Assembly: GCF_006345805.1 (NCBI RefSeq) | Contig: NC_043001.1 | Span: 17,980,001-18,044,000 of the forward strand | Source: Octopus sinensis | Taxonomy: Eukaryota | Direction of reading: 5' to 3' | DNA length: 64,000 nt | Part shown: piece by piece, positions 37,116 through 48,588 of the stretch | How the letters are laid out: each line of letters opens with the position of its first letter | Position numbering within the stretch: the stretch's first letter is position 1 | The notes under the pieces: generated by a model | Seen by the model: the letters and a program-made list of their open reading frames with translations, nothing else | Databases searched by the model: none | Told to the model about the DNA's origin: nothing | Made by a program: the position numbers and the translations under genes

Positions 37116-37168
37116 TATTGCAGATTAAAAAACTAAAAATAAGTGTATATGCAAAAAAAAAACACATG

Positions 37169-37240
37169 AGGTCTCACCGAGACTTGAACTCGGATCGCTG
37201 GATTCAGAGTCCAGAGTGCTAACCATTACACCATGAGACC
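37169..37240 (-). tRNA. tRNA-Gln-CTG: tRNA-Gln(CTG)
   Basis: 72-nt cloverleaf ggtctcatggtgtaatggttagcactctggactCTGaatccagcgatccgagttcaagtctcggtgagacct. Confidence 0.95.
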
Positions 37241-37480
37241 TACAGCGTCACCCGCTGACGATATAAGTAGAATATGCTGATGAATGCTGATTTGACAGGG
37301 CATCCGGTGCATAACTACAAAGCGATTAGATTACCTGATTAGCGGATATATATAGCCATGTGTAAATGCATGTGACTGTAAGTGTGTGTAAGTGTGTAAG
37401 TGTGTGTCTATCTTTTTGTGTTAGTCCGTGCGTGACACGGTGTTCGTTACGTCACAGTGCAGTAGCGGTTTGTAAAAATG

Positions 37481-37539
<59 letters not shown>

Positions 37540-37751
37540 CTCTTTTACTTGTTTCAGTCATTTAACTGCGGGTATGCTGGAGCACCGCTTTTGGTCGAGC
37601 AAATCGACCCCCGGGACTTATTCTTTGTAAGTCTAGTAATTCTTCTATCAGTCTCTTTTGCCGAACCGCTAAGTTACGGGGGCGTAAACACACCAGCATC
37701 GATTGCCAATCGATGTCGGGGGGACAAACACAAACATATACACACACATAC

Positions 37752-37827
<76 letters not shown>

Positions 37828-37983
37828 GACGGGCTTCTTTCAGTTTCCGTCTACCAAAACCACTCACAAGGCTTTGGTCGGCCCGTGGCTATAGTAGAAG
37901 ACACTTGCCCAAGATGCTACGCAGTGGGACTGAACCCGGAATCATGTGGTTGGTAAGCAAGCTACTTACTACACAGCCACTCA
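37540..37983 (-). mobile_element. SINE family A
   Basis: Complete, with long (TA)n. Confidence 0.85.
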
Positions 37984-37986
37984 TTC

Positions 37987-38041
<55 letters not shown>

Positions 38042-38137
38042 TGTGTGCCTGTGTGTGTGTATGTATATATATACTTATATATATGTGTGTGTATGTTTGT
38101 GTGTGTGTTTGTATGAATGTATATATGTATATATATA

Positions 38138-38180
<43 letters not shown>

Positions 38181-38214
38181 ATGAATGTATGTTTATATGT
38201 ATATGTATATATAT

Positions 38215-38425
38215 GTTTGTGTGTGCGTGTGTATCTTTCTGTTTGTGTTTGTCCCCTCCACCGCTTGACAACCGGTGTGACGTAGCGGTTTGGCAGAGAG
38301 ACCGATAGAATAAGTACAGGCTTATCAAAAAAAATAAGTACTGGGTTCAGTTAATTCGACTAAAAATTCTTGAAAGCGGTGCCCCAGCATGGCCGCAATC
38401 TAATGACTGAAGCAAGTAAAAGATA
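38215..38425 (+). mobile_element. SINE family A-related 3' half
   Basis: ccgcttgacaaccgg...gccccagcatggccgc. Confidence 0.7.
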
Positions 38426-38434
38426 TACGTATAC

Positions 38435-39140
38435 TGAATTGATCAGAAAGAAGGTCCGCACGATTTTTTAAGCAAAAAAAAAAAAGACTCAAGATTTAAG
38501 CACAAATCGATTTATTCAATCAATGATATAATTACCGTTTCGTTCCAATATTTTCTGCCATCTTGTGAGCAGATCGATTATTTCTTGCGCAAAGCATTTC
38601 CTCTCATTATTGGCAAAAAAAACTCTTCCTGATGAATTTTTAGCATCCTCTTCAGAGGTGAGGTTCAGTCCATTCAATGAATTTTGAGATGATCGAAACG
38701 GATATAAGTCCGAAGGGGCACGGTTAGACGAGTATGGAGGTTAGGGCAAAAATTCCTAGCGAAGCCCCAGTAATTTCTACCGCGTCCGTAAATAAGCGTG
38801 CGGTTTGATATTGTCGTATTGAATTACAAAGCCCTGGGGATTAGAAAGTACTGGACGTTTCTGGTGGATCGCTACATTTACTTTGCCAACTGGTCACACT
38901 ACATATCCGGACTGATATTCCTGTCCTTGAGAAGAAGCTATAAAAGACAACATCCGTCCGATCCAACCAAATTAAAAATATAACCTTCTTCAAGTGAAGT
39001 CCTACATTGGAGATTGTTTGTGATGGCTTGCTGAGTTTCTCCCATCATCATTTGCGCTTGACATTGTTATAGACGATCCATTTTCCCTCCCCTGTCACTA
39101 TTCTCTTCAAAAGAGGATCGTTTTCTTCGCGTTTCTGCAA
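38435..39140 (-). pseudogene. Degraded second mariner family, transposase C-terminal two-thirds
   Basis: Minus-strand RIVTGEGKWIVY, PPYSSNRAPSDLYPFRSSQNSLNG and RWQKILERNGNYIID*. Confidence 0.8.
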
Positions 39141-39146
39141 CGAATC

Positions 39147-39450
39147 ATCATCTTCATCATCGTTTAACGTCCGCCTTCCATGCTAGCATGGGTTGGATGG
39201 TTTGACCGGAGCCGACAAGGCAAAAGCCTGCACCAGACTTCTGTGTAATTGTTTTGACAGGATTTTTACAGCTGGATGCCCTTCCTATGACCAACCCCTC
39301 AGCAGAGTGGACTTAGAACTTTTTACGTGGCACAAGCACAGATGAGGTCAGTTTTGGCAATGTTTTTTACAGCTGGATGCCCTTCCAAACGCCAACAACT
39401 CTACAGTGTGGACCAGGTGCTTTTAAGTGGCACCTGTACTGACAGGGTCA
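39147..39450 (-). mobile_element. RTE-type 3' terminal fragment
   Basis: catcatcatcgtttaacgtccgccttccatgctagcatggg...acagctggatgcccttcc resembles RTE 3' ends as I recall them; not confirmed by search. Confidence 0.55.
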
Positions 39451-39900
39451 CCAAGTACCTTGCAAGACAAAAAACAACTTTCAAGAGGAGAGAGGGCATT
39501 GAAGGAGGTGATCTTGTGTTGGATGATGAAAGGTTATAGTGAGACAGAGAGACAGAAACAGGTGACCTGCTATAGAGGCAGTACAAGTTTACTCAGCCCG
39601 AGAGAGCGACAGAGAAAAAGAAAGAGAAAGACAGAGAAAGAGAGAGAGATCAGGAATGAAGACAGAAACAGATGTGCTACCGCAAAGGAAATACATGGTT
39701 ACCCAACCTGATGGAAGTACAGGAGAAGAAGAGGGGAAATTCGCTGGGTGAGGTTAGCGTCATTTAGTCGTTGTGGAAACCAAACATCGAACCTGCTGAA
39801 GGAACGAAGCTGATGTAGATAGTTTCAACATCGATTTAGATATTTGGGGAATATCTGTAACCATCGTGGTCAATATAACTGCCGTTGATGATGATGTTAA

Positions 39901-40329
39901 GGATCTTTTCGGTTTGAACGGCAGTTTTTTAAAATAATTTCTACGTAACTAAGCACTTTTAAACTTCGTATACTGGTAGAATGTGTTTATGAAACATCTT
40001 TTTCTCTTGGCTTTATTGAAAAAATTCTATAGTTTGTAAGATATTTGTTGTTGTTTTTCTTCAATTTCTGCAATTTCAACCAATCAATGACGTGTATTGA
40101 GGTGAAAAACATTCTGTGCCGTATGAATATGTCCCTCGTTTAAGAAACAGATTGGGTTTGTTTACATTTGTGAAGAAAAAAGATACCTTTCCCCCCACTC
40201 CTAACCCTAACCCTAACCCTAACTCTAAAACAGATTGAAATGCAATAGATCGATACTGGGGTCATAATTATGGGTGACAATTTCATATGACACCGCTAGA
40301 AAAAACTGCCGTTCAAACCGAAAAGATCC
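39901..40329 (-). mobile_element. 429-bp GGATC-TIR MITE with (TTAGGG)n, second copy
   Basis: TSD gatgttaa / gctgttaa (7/8). Confidence 0.9.
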
Positions 40330-40659
40330 GCTGTTAATTTTAATTGGCCGGATCGAAATCTTGAAAACCACTTATTGAAAATTCGTTCTGTAACAGCTTC
40401 TTCTTTGAACACAAAACGATGTCTTCTGGCGGGTTTCTGTCACTTTCTTACCTCTGTAAAATGAAAAAGCATGAGGTGTCATCTGGTTCCCCATTTTCAC
40501 TAAGCACAACCTGTCCCGTCGCAAGTTCGCGTCGAATACGTTGCAGTGTCGAGTATCTAATGAGTACGCATGCGCAAGGGACAAGCTGAAGTTTGCTACC
40601 CTTTGGAGTACGTAAAGGGCCAACAAAAACCGAATGGACTTTGTGGTTAACTTAATATA

Positions 40660-40745
40660 TACAGATAGACAGAGAGAGAGAGAAATGAGAGACAGACAGA
40701 CAGACAGACATAGATAAATATATAGATAGATAGATAGATTGATGA

Positions 40746-40813
<68 letters not shown>

Positions 40814-40843
40814 GTAGGTAGATTGATAGATAGATAGACAGAC

Positions 40844-40938
<95 letters not shown>

Positions 40939-40940
40939 GG
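40660..40940. repeat. (GATA)n/(GACA)n microsatellite
   Basis: Direct reading. Confidence 0.95.
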
Positions 40941-41198
40941 GCAAGCTTCCAGGGCAAGCTTCTACAAAATTCACTCACAAGATTGAGCGGTTGAGCCGGG
41001 GCGATAGCAGAAGACACGACATGCAACACAGTGGGACTGAACCCGAATCAACGTGGTTGCAATGAAAGTTTCTTAACCACCTCAATTTTACAACGAAAAT
41101 ATAGAGTACAATAAACATAGCGATAGGTAATATACGCATTTACATACACGGTAGATTTAAAAAGAAAAAAAAAAACATCAAGAGTGCAAAAGCATATA

Positions 41199-41270
41199 AG
41201 GTCTCACCGAGACTCGAACTCGGATCGCTGGATTCAGAGTCCAGAGTGCTAACCATTACACCATGAGACC
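41199..41270 (-). tRNA. tRNA-Gln-CTG: tRNA-Gln(CTG)
   Basis: 72-nt cloverleaf with anticodon CTG. Confidence 0.95.
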
Positions 41271-41643
41271 CACTTGTCAAGCGTTCGTGAAGTTATACGT
41301 ACTAAACGCTGATAAATGCTGATTTTTAGAAAGCTGTCAATTAGAGGCTGTTCAGATTAGCTGCTTAACAGATTGCTCATTCTTAGCACATTTTTTACTG
41401 TAGAGGCTTGTCTTTCGCTTATATTTTTTTCTACTTTTTTTTTCGTTCTTTTGTGGGTTTTCTGATTCTTAAAAAATATATTTAGTACCAAGTTCGAAAT
41501 TTTTTTGGCATTCCTTCGATATAGCTCGACAAGGTAGAGGCATTTCACTTCGGGTATTTCCGTGGGTTGTGGAGTATAGTAGATATAACGAAATTATGCC
41601 AGCAATGTCTCAATTTTAAACTTGAAGAAAAAAATCCTTGCGT

Positions 41644-42097
41644 GGATCTTTTCGGTCTGAACGGCATTTTTTTCTAGCGGTGTCATATGAAATTGTCACC
41701 CATAATTATGACCCTAGTAGCGATCTATTGCATTTCAATCTGTTTTAGGGTTAGGGTTGGTTAGGGTTAGTTAGGATTAGGGTTAGGGTTAGGGTTAGGA
41801 GTGGGGGGAAGGGTATCTTTTTTTCTTCACAAATGTAAATAAACACAATCAGTTTCTTAAACGAGGGACATATTCATACGGCACAGAATGTATTCACCTC
41901 AATAGACGTCATTGATTGGTTGAAATTGCAGAAATTGAAGAAAAAAGACAACAAATATCTTACAAACTATAGAATTTTCTCAATAAAGCCAAGAGAAAAA
42001 TATGTTTTATAAACACATTCTACCAGTATACGAAGTTTAAAATTTTTTAGTTACCTAGAAATTATGTTAAAAACTGCCGTTCAAACCGAAAAGATTC
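41644..42097 (+). mobile_element. 454-bp GGATC-TIR MITE with (TTAGGG)n, third copy
   Basis: Perfect TSD ccttgcgt. Confidence 0.9.
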
Positions 42098-42309
42098 CCT
42101 TGCGTATTTGTTCTTACCTGTTTTATGTGTGTATGCAAAATCCGCAAATTTCCAAGCAGAAAACAGAATCGAACCTTCATTTGCTTCCATGGAAATACCC
42201 GAAGTGAAGTGTTTTGATTTTGTCGAGTTATATCGAAAGAACGCCATTTTTTAAAACCCGAAGCATATACACTTTGTGTTCACATATAATTATATGTGTG
42301 TGTGTGTGT

Positions 42310-42500
42310 GTGTGTGATAAGAAGCTTGCTTACCAGCAACGTGGTTCTGGGTTCAGTCCCACTTTGGGGCAAGTGTCTTCAACTATAACCTCGGGCCGAC
42401 CAAACTTGCGAGTGAATTTGGTAGACGGAAACTGAAAGAAGTGGAACTGGTAGACGGAAACTGAAAGAAGTGCATTTGGTAGACGGAAACCGAAAGAAAT
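42310..42500 (+). mobile_element. SINE family A 5' fragment with triplicated ggtagacggaaactgaaagaag
   Basis: Direct reading. Confidence 0.7.
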
Positions 42501-43039
42501 GCAAAACAAGAAGCACACTCTAAGATCTAGAGCAGTATATTAAAAATGGGGAAGGCCGGTTTATGGGATTACCTTAGGTTTCCCGTCCATAAAGGCTTTA
42601 GCTTTATGACGTATTGTCAGATCCCAAAATCCTGTTGGCCCATGACCGCCTCAAAATATATTTTCTTACGAGATCCCCCCTGTTCAAAAACATAAGGACA
42701 CAGAACGTTTGTGTCGCATAGCCAGCTAGAAACGATGTTACTTGGAGCTAAATAACAGTAAGATTCTTTCCTTTCCTGAGACTGCTACATTATATTGGCA
42801 ACAAGCCATCACTTTATCGTGCATATCTCTCTTTCTACGAGAGTAGAAAAACAGTCAACAACTGATGAAGGGTCGTTCTTTATGGTGCTTGTCTTATTTT
42901 CCATTTGTGTCTTTCGTTGTTCGAAAAAAAATAGTTCATATTCCATGTACTCGTACTTCGTATTTTTGTGTTGTACACGTTTCATGACGTCCTGTGCCCA
43001 CATATGCATATATATATATATATGTTATCTTTTAGTCAT

Positions 43040-43378
43040 TAGTCTGCGGCCATGCTGGAGCTCTACTTTGAAGAATTTTTAATCGAATGAATCGACCCCA
43101 CTGCTTATTGCTTTTTAAAGCTTGGCACTTATTCTATCAGTTTCTTTTTTTTTACCGACCCGCTAAGTTACAAAACAAACCAAATTTAATCACAAAGACA
43201 CACACACACACACACGACGGGCTTCTTTCAGTTTCCGTTTACCAAATCCACTCACAAGGCTTCGGTCGGACCGAGGTAATAGTAGAAGACACTTCCCCTA
43301 GGTGGTATGGTGTGGGACTGAACCCGGAACCATGTGATTGGGAAACAAAATACAAATCACACAACCATGCCTACGCAT
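43040..43378 (-). mobile_element. SINE family A (diverged)
   Basis: Reverse head and tail. Confidence 0.75.
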
Positions 43379-43621
43379 ATATATATATATATATATATGA
43401 GAAACGACTTTTTCCATCTACCGCTTTTTCCACGTGTCCTGAAGAAGAGGTCTTCACCTCGAAATATAGAAATACGAGGTAAAAATTACAATTCTGTTTT
43501 GTTCTCTTTTCTTTTTGTAGCTTACTTTTGTACTTTTTCGCTTTATCCTGGCCTTAAACAACAACCTTCTTTAAAGTTGTATCACACAATGCTTCACCCA
43601 AACTATCTCTTATACATACAT

Positions 43622-44232
43622 ACAGTGAATGAAAAATATGCTCCCAACGAAAGAAAGTATTAAAGATTAAAAAAAAAAAGCGTGAATTTACAAAGAGATG
43701 CCAAGGTCTCACCGAGATTCGAACTCGGATCGCTGGATTCAAAGTCCAGAGTGCTAACCATTACACCATGAGACCTGCACTGCTGAACTCCTCAATGAAT
43801 AAAAATATGTGATAAAGATTTATGCAGAATGCTGTCCCATTCATTTTCAACTTGCTGAACAGATTCTCATCCCCCCATTCTATCACAGATTGATGCTAGC
43901 CACACTTGGAACTTCTGCTCAGTTCCCCCTAACCATCTTCACCAAAATGTCTAGGGTCATCCAGAGCCTATTTTAGATCTAACTGGATTAGGCGATTGAA
44001 TATTAAACATTAGACTGTGAGGTATTTCCAGCTAATGTCAAAATCAAATTTTAAACTCGTAATGATAAATTTAAGTGTGTTACCTACCATATCATGAAGG
44101 CTACGGTACATACAATCTTAAAATTAAGAGGGTAATATTCTTTCTATGATAGGCATAGGGCCTAGAATTTTCGGGGAGTGGGCAAGCCGATTACAACGAC
44201 CCCAGTGTTCAACTGGTACTTATTTTATCGAC
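43622..44232 (-). repeat. Left arm of inverted duplication carrying tRNA-Gln
   Basis: Reverse complement of 45235..45805 across ~600 bp of unique flank. Confidence 0.9.
43704..43775 (-). tRNA. tRNA-Gln-TTG: tRNA-Gln(TTG)
   Basis: 72-nt cloverleaf with anticodon TTG. Confidence 0.95.
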
Positions 44233-44249
44233 TTTTTTATGCGCCCTTT

Positions 44250-44549
44250 TCAAGCCTAGCCAGGCTCATGGGCCCGGTTTCCCGGTTTCTGTGACGTATG
44301 TGTTCCCCCCAGCTAGACAGGATGCCAGTCCATCACAGCGTTACTCAAGAAACAGCAAGAGAGAGTGAGAGGAAGTTGGGGCGAATGAGTACAACAGGGG
44401 TCGCCACCACCCCTGCCGGTGCTTCGTGGAGCTTCGTGGAGCTTTAGGTGTTTTCGCTCAATAAACACACACAACGCCCGATCAGGGAATCGAAACCGCG
44501 ATCCTTCGACCGCGAGTTCGCTACCTAACCACTGGGACATTGCGGCTCC
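44250..44549 (-). mobile_element. SINE family C, tail type 4
   Basis: Shared head; the tail contains gatggactggcatcctgtc (V-domain-like by my recollection). Confidence 0.75.
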
Positions 44550-44839
44550 ACTTTTATCGGCCTTGGAAGGATAAAAGTCAAAGTCAAAATCGACGTAAGA
44601 AATGCGCGCACGTTCACACACACACACACACACCGAGGTATAAGCATTTTTCATGATATAAATCGCTATTACTTACACTATTACTTTCTATCGGAATTAT
44701 TCCATATTAGTTTTGTGACACGCATTTCCAAATTTGAATGTCCCACACACAAAAGGAATGGTACACAAGTCTCAAGAACTTAAATGCTTTAATCAAAGTG
44801 TCCAATAGAAATGGCGGGCGTGTAAATGGAAAAATAAAA

Positions 44840-45200
44840 TTGCCTTTCATCCTTTCAGGGTCGATTAAATAAGTATCTATTTCTTTATTACCCACAAGGG
44901 GCTAAACACAGAGGGGACAAACAAGGACAGACATAGGTATTAAGTCGATTACATCAACCCCAGTGCGTAACTGGTACTTAATTTATCGACCCCGAAAGGA
45001 TGAAAGGCAAAGTCGACCTCGGCGGAATTTGAACTCACAACGTAACGGCAGACGAAATACCGCTAAGCATTTAGCCCGGTATTAAATAAGTACCAGTTAC
45101 GCACTGGGGTCGATATAATCGACTTAATCCGTTTGTCTGTCCTTGTTTGTCCTCTCTATGTTTAGCCCCTTGTGGGTAGTAAAGAAATAGGTATTTCTTT
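44840..45200. mobile_element. SINE family B copies in opposite orientations
   Basis: Minus copy 44880-45076 abutted by plus-strand fragments. Confidence 0.8.
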
Positions 45201-45662
45201 CGTCGAGTTCGATTTTGACTTTTATCCTTTCGAGGCCGATAAAATAAGTACCCGTTGAACACTGGGGTCGACATAATCGGTTTGCCCACTCCCCGAAAAT
45301 TCTAGGCCCTGTACCCATCGTAGAATGTATGCGCCGTAGCCTTCATGATATGGTAGGTAACACCTTAAATTCATCATTCCGAGTTTAAATTTTGATTTTG
45401 ACATTAGTCGGAAATATCTCACAGTCTAATGTTTAATATTTAATCGCCTAATCCTGTTAGATCTAAAATAGGCTCTGGATGACCCTAGACATTTTGGTGA
45501 AGATGGTTAGGGGGAGCAGAAGTTTCAAGTGTGGCTAGCATCAATCTGTGATAGAATGGGGGTGGGGGAGAAACCTGTTCAACAAGTTGAAAATGAATGG
45601 GAAAGCATTCTGCATAAATCTTTATCACATACTTTTTATTAATTGAGCCGTTTAGCAGTACA

Positions 45663-45734
45663 GGTCTCATGGTGTAATGGTTAGCACTCTGGACTTTGAA
45701 TCCAGCGATCCGAGTTCGAGTCTCGGTGAGACCT
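45663..45734 (+). tRNA. tRNA-Gln-TTG: tRNA-Gln(TTG), array copy 1
   Basis: 72-nt cloverleaf. Confidence 0.95.
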
Positions 45735-45861
45735 CTGTAAATCCAAGTTGATCGTTTTTTTTTTTTAATCTTTAATACTTTCTTGTGTACATTTTTCATT
45801 CACTGGTCAATTGCTATATTTATTTACCGAAGACTGTTTATTTGAGCAGTTTAGCAGTACA

Positions 45862-45933
45862 GGTCTCATGGTGTAATGGTTAGCACTCTGGACTTTGAAT
45901 CCAGCGATCCGAGTTCGAGTCTCGGTGAGACCT
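45862..45933 (+). tRNA. tRNA-Gln-TTG: tRNA-Gln(TTG), array copy 2
   Basis: Identical to copy 1. Confidence 0.95.
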
Positions 45934-46060
45934 CTGTAAAACCAAGTTGATCGTTTTTTTTTTTTAATCTTTAATACTTTCTTGTGTACATTTTTCATTC
46001 ACTGGTCAATTGCTATATTTATTTACCGAAGACTGTTTATTTGAGCAGTTTAGCAGTACA

Positions 46061-46132
46061 GGTCTCATGGTGTAATGGTTAGCACTCTGGACTTTGAATC
46101 CAGCGATCCGAGTTCGAGTCTCGGTGAGACCT
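46061..46132 (+). tRNA. tRNA-Gln-TTG: tRNA-Gln(TTG), array copy 3
   Basis: Identical to copy 1. Confidence 0.95.
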
Positions 46133-46258
46133 CTGTAAATCCAAGTTGATCGTTTTTTTTTTTTTAATCTTAATACTTTCTTGTGTACATTTTTCATTCA
46201 CTGGTCAATTGCTATATTTATTACCGAAGACTGTTTATTTGAGCAGTTTAGCAGTACA

Positions 46259-46329
46259 GGTCTCATGGTGTAATGGTTAGCACTCTGGACTTGAATCCAG
46301 CGATCCGAGTTCGAGTCTCGGTGAGACCT
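46259..46329 (+). tRNA. tRNA-Gln-TTG: tRNA-Gln, array copy 4, one T missing in the anticodon loop (71 nt)
   Basis: ggac-ttgaatcc gives a 6-nt loop; pseudogene or homopolymer error. Confidence 0.7.
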
Positions 46330-46454
46330 CTGTAAATCCAAGTTGATCGTTTTTTTTTTAATCTTTAATACTTTATTGTGTACATTTTTCATTCACTGGT
46401 CAATTGCTATATTTATTTACCGAAGACTGTTTATTTGAGCAGTTTAGCAGTACA

Positions 46455-46526
46455 GGTCTCATGGTGTAATGGTTAGCACTCTGGACTTTGAATCCAGCGA
46501 TCCGAGTTCGAGTCTCGGTGGGACCT
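46455..46526 (+). tRNA. tRNA-Gln-TTG: tRNA-Gln(TTG), array copy 5
   Basis: Acceptor variant ggtgggacct (G:U pair). Confidence 0.93.
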
Positions 46527-46651
46527 CTGTAAATCCAAGTTGATCGTTTTTTTTTAAATCTTTAATACTTTCTTGTGTACATTTTTCATTCACTGGTCAA
46601 TTGCTATATTTATTTACCGAAGACTGTTTATTTGAGCAGTTTAGCAGTACA

Positions 46652-46723
46652 GGTCTCATGGTGTAATGGTTAGCACTCTGGACTTTGAATCCAGCGATCC
46701 GAGTTCGAGTCTCGGTGAGACCT
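46652..46723 (+). tRNA. tRNA-Gln-TTG: tRNA-Gln(TTG), array copy 6
   Basis: Identical to copy 1. Confidence 0.95.
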
Positions 46724-46848
46724 CTGTAAATCCAAGTAGATGGTTTTTTTAAAAATCTTTAATACTTTCTTGTGTACATTTTTCATTCACTGGTCAATTG
46801 CTATATTTATTTACCGAAGACTGTTTATTTGAGCAGTTTAGCAGTACA

Positions 46849-46920
46849 GGTCTCATGGTGTAATGGTTAGCACTCTGGACTTTGAATCCAGCGATCCGAG
46901 TTCGAGTCTCGGTGAGACCT
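46849..46920 (+). tRNA. tRNA-Gln-TTG: tRNA-Gln(TTG), array copy 7
   Basis: Identical to copy 1. Confidence 0.95.
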
Positions 46921-47456
46921 CTGTAAATCCAAGTTGATCGTTTTTTTTTTAATCTTTAATACTTTCTTGTGTACATTTTTCATTCACTGGTCAATTGCTT
47001 TATTTATTTACCGAAGACTGTTTATTTGGATTCATTAGCAACCAGTTTATGGCATCAACTGACGTATTTGTAATTCCCGTAAGTTAAAAACAAAAAAAAA
47101 ACATATTTACGAGAAAGTAGTAGACATTGAGAATTAACGGAACTCGTTCAATGTTTTGAAGTTTTCTTTCGTAAATATGAAAACGACATTGCGAGTGAGA
47201 GGTATCAACCAACCATTATTTAGCTTTCTTCTATGTTGCCCACAACACTACTATTCCTGTTCTTACGATATAAAATTATATTTACGGCCCCTCTAAATCG
47301 AACTATATTTAAAACATTAATTAATGAGTGCTTAATATTGGTTTCAAATTTTGGCACGAGGTCAGCAATTTTAAGGGCGGGAAATGTCGGTTACATCGAC
47401 CCCCAGTATTTGACATTAGCTGGAAATATCCCAGACACAGGATTTTGACAGCTGGC

Positions 47457-47528
47457 GGTTTCATGGTGTAATGGTTAGCACTCTGGACTTTGAATCCAGC
47501 GATCTGAGTTCGAGTGTCGGTGAAACCT
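47457..47528 (+). tRNA. tRNA-Gln-TTG: tRNA-Gln(TTG) variant, possibly a pseudogene
   Basis: Compensated acceptor (ggtttca/tgaaacc), but T-stem ctgag/gtcgg has a G:G mismatch at the loop-closing pair. Confidence 0.75.
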
Positions 47529-47759
47529 TGTTTGGAAATATTTTGTAATTTCATACTTAGTTTCTTTTTAATCAGCAGTTATTGTCTTATATATATTTCT
47601 CATGAAGCTCATCTCTTTCCCTTTCTCTTTCTTTCTCTCTCTCATCATTTGTTCTACTTCATTCAAGTAAAATAGGTAATGTTTGGCACTCCCATATACT
47701 GTCATTAGGGCTATAAAAAAAAATTCATTTTAAGTGATTGCAGTGATATTAAACATGAT

Positions 47760-48440
47760 ATGTTAGTTAGTTAGTTAATTTGGCTCAAAAGCAAATAGCA
47801 AGGCCATGTAGGGGGACATGGAGTTAGTACAGGGTGGTGTTCATGTAAAGAGTTCAGGCCACTTGAGCTCAAGGGAGGCTTTGAACAAAGCGGTCGTCGG
47901 CATCTTCACCATCTCGTCTGGCAGCTTGTTCCACGGATCCGCAACCCGGACGGAGAAAGCTCCTCTCCTTCGATTGAGATGAAATCGTCGCAGGTAGAGC
48001 TTTTCGGAATGACCCCGCAGCCGACGCTCTGGAGCAGGAGTGAAGAACAGCTCTTTCGAGAGGTTACACTTTCCGCTTATGATGTTGTGGGCGAGAATGA
48101 GATCACCACGGCGGCGGCGTTTTCAAGAGAATAAAGGTCGAGCGTCCTCAGCCTTTCTTCATAGGACAATTTTTGAGACCATGAACCATGCGAGTAGCCA
48201 GCTTCTGGACTCTTTCGAGATGCTGTATGTCTTTGAGGAGATAAGGAGAAGAGGCTTGAATCCCGTACTCCAATATGGGTCGCACCAGCGTGACATAGAG
48301 TGGTAGGAATATGGCTGCTATGAGCATTCCGAATGACCGTCGAATCAAGAACAGAATTCCGCGTGCTTTGTTGGCAGCATGGACGCAGCTTAAACTGTGC
48401 TCTAAATGGAGGTGTAGTCAAATCCTACTTTAAGGACTCA
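47760..48440 (-). mobile_element. 5'-truncated CR1-clade LINE 3' end
   Basis: LVRPILEYG..SPYLLKDIQHLERVQKLATRMV..SYEERLRTLDLYSLE..RGDLI..RGH..FSVRVADPWNKLP, ending in a (CTAA)n tail. Confidence 0.9.
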
Positions 48441-48588
48441 ACCATGTTCTAAAATAAGTCGAAATGTAAGCTACTATAAATCGGCACGAACTTTCCGGAC
48501 AACCCAATATATTACCAATATCACTCTGTTTCTTGATCATTGCGTAACGAGCAATGGTTCACTTCTCTAAGCGAGCCATTGCTTAGAG

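Larger units (their letters stand above)
45650..47027 (+). repeat. Tandem array of seven 196-199-bp tRNA-Gln(TTG) units
   Basis: tRNA starts at 45663, 45862, 46061, 46259, 46455, 46652 and 46849. Each is followed ~20 nt later by a T9-T13 run (Pol III terminator). Confidence 0.97.

Noticed and set aside
37366-38328. Several 100-200-aa YI/CV ORFs
   Set aside because: SINE A plus (TA)n/(TG)n read-through; likewise 4435..4835, 14419..14749, 28825..29252, 32403..32870, 40372..41029 and 51530..52256.
46259-46329. tRNA-Gln with 6-nt anticodon loop as a possible frameshift-suppressor tRNA
   Set aside because: Two other single-T losses in T-runs occur within ~130 bp (~46170, ~46221), which points to homopolymer sequencing error; raw reads would be needed.
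45485-46392. Repeated MKNVHKKVLKIKKKKRST... ORFs
   Set aside because: Antisense translations of the tRNA-Gln tandem units.
45650-47027. CRISPR-like regular repeat
   Set aside because: The whole 198-bp unit repeats (no unique spacers), the conserved part is a tRNA, and the DNA is eukaryotic with no cas genes.
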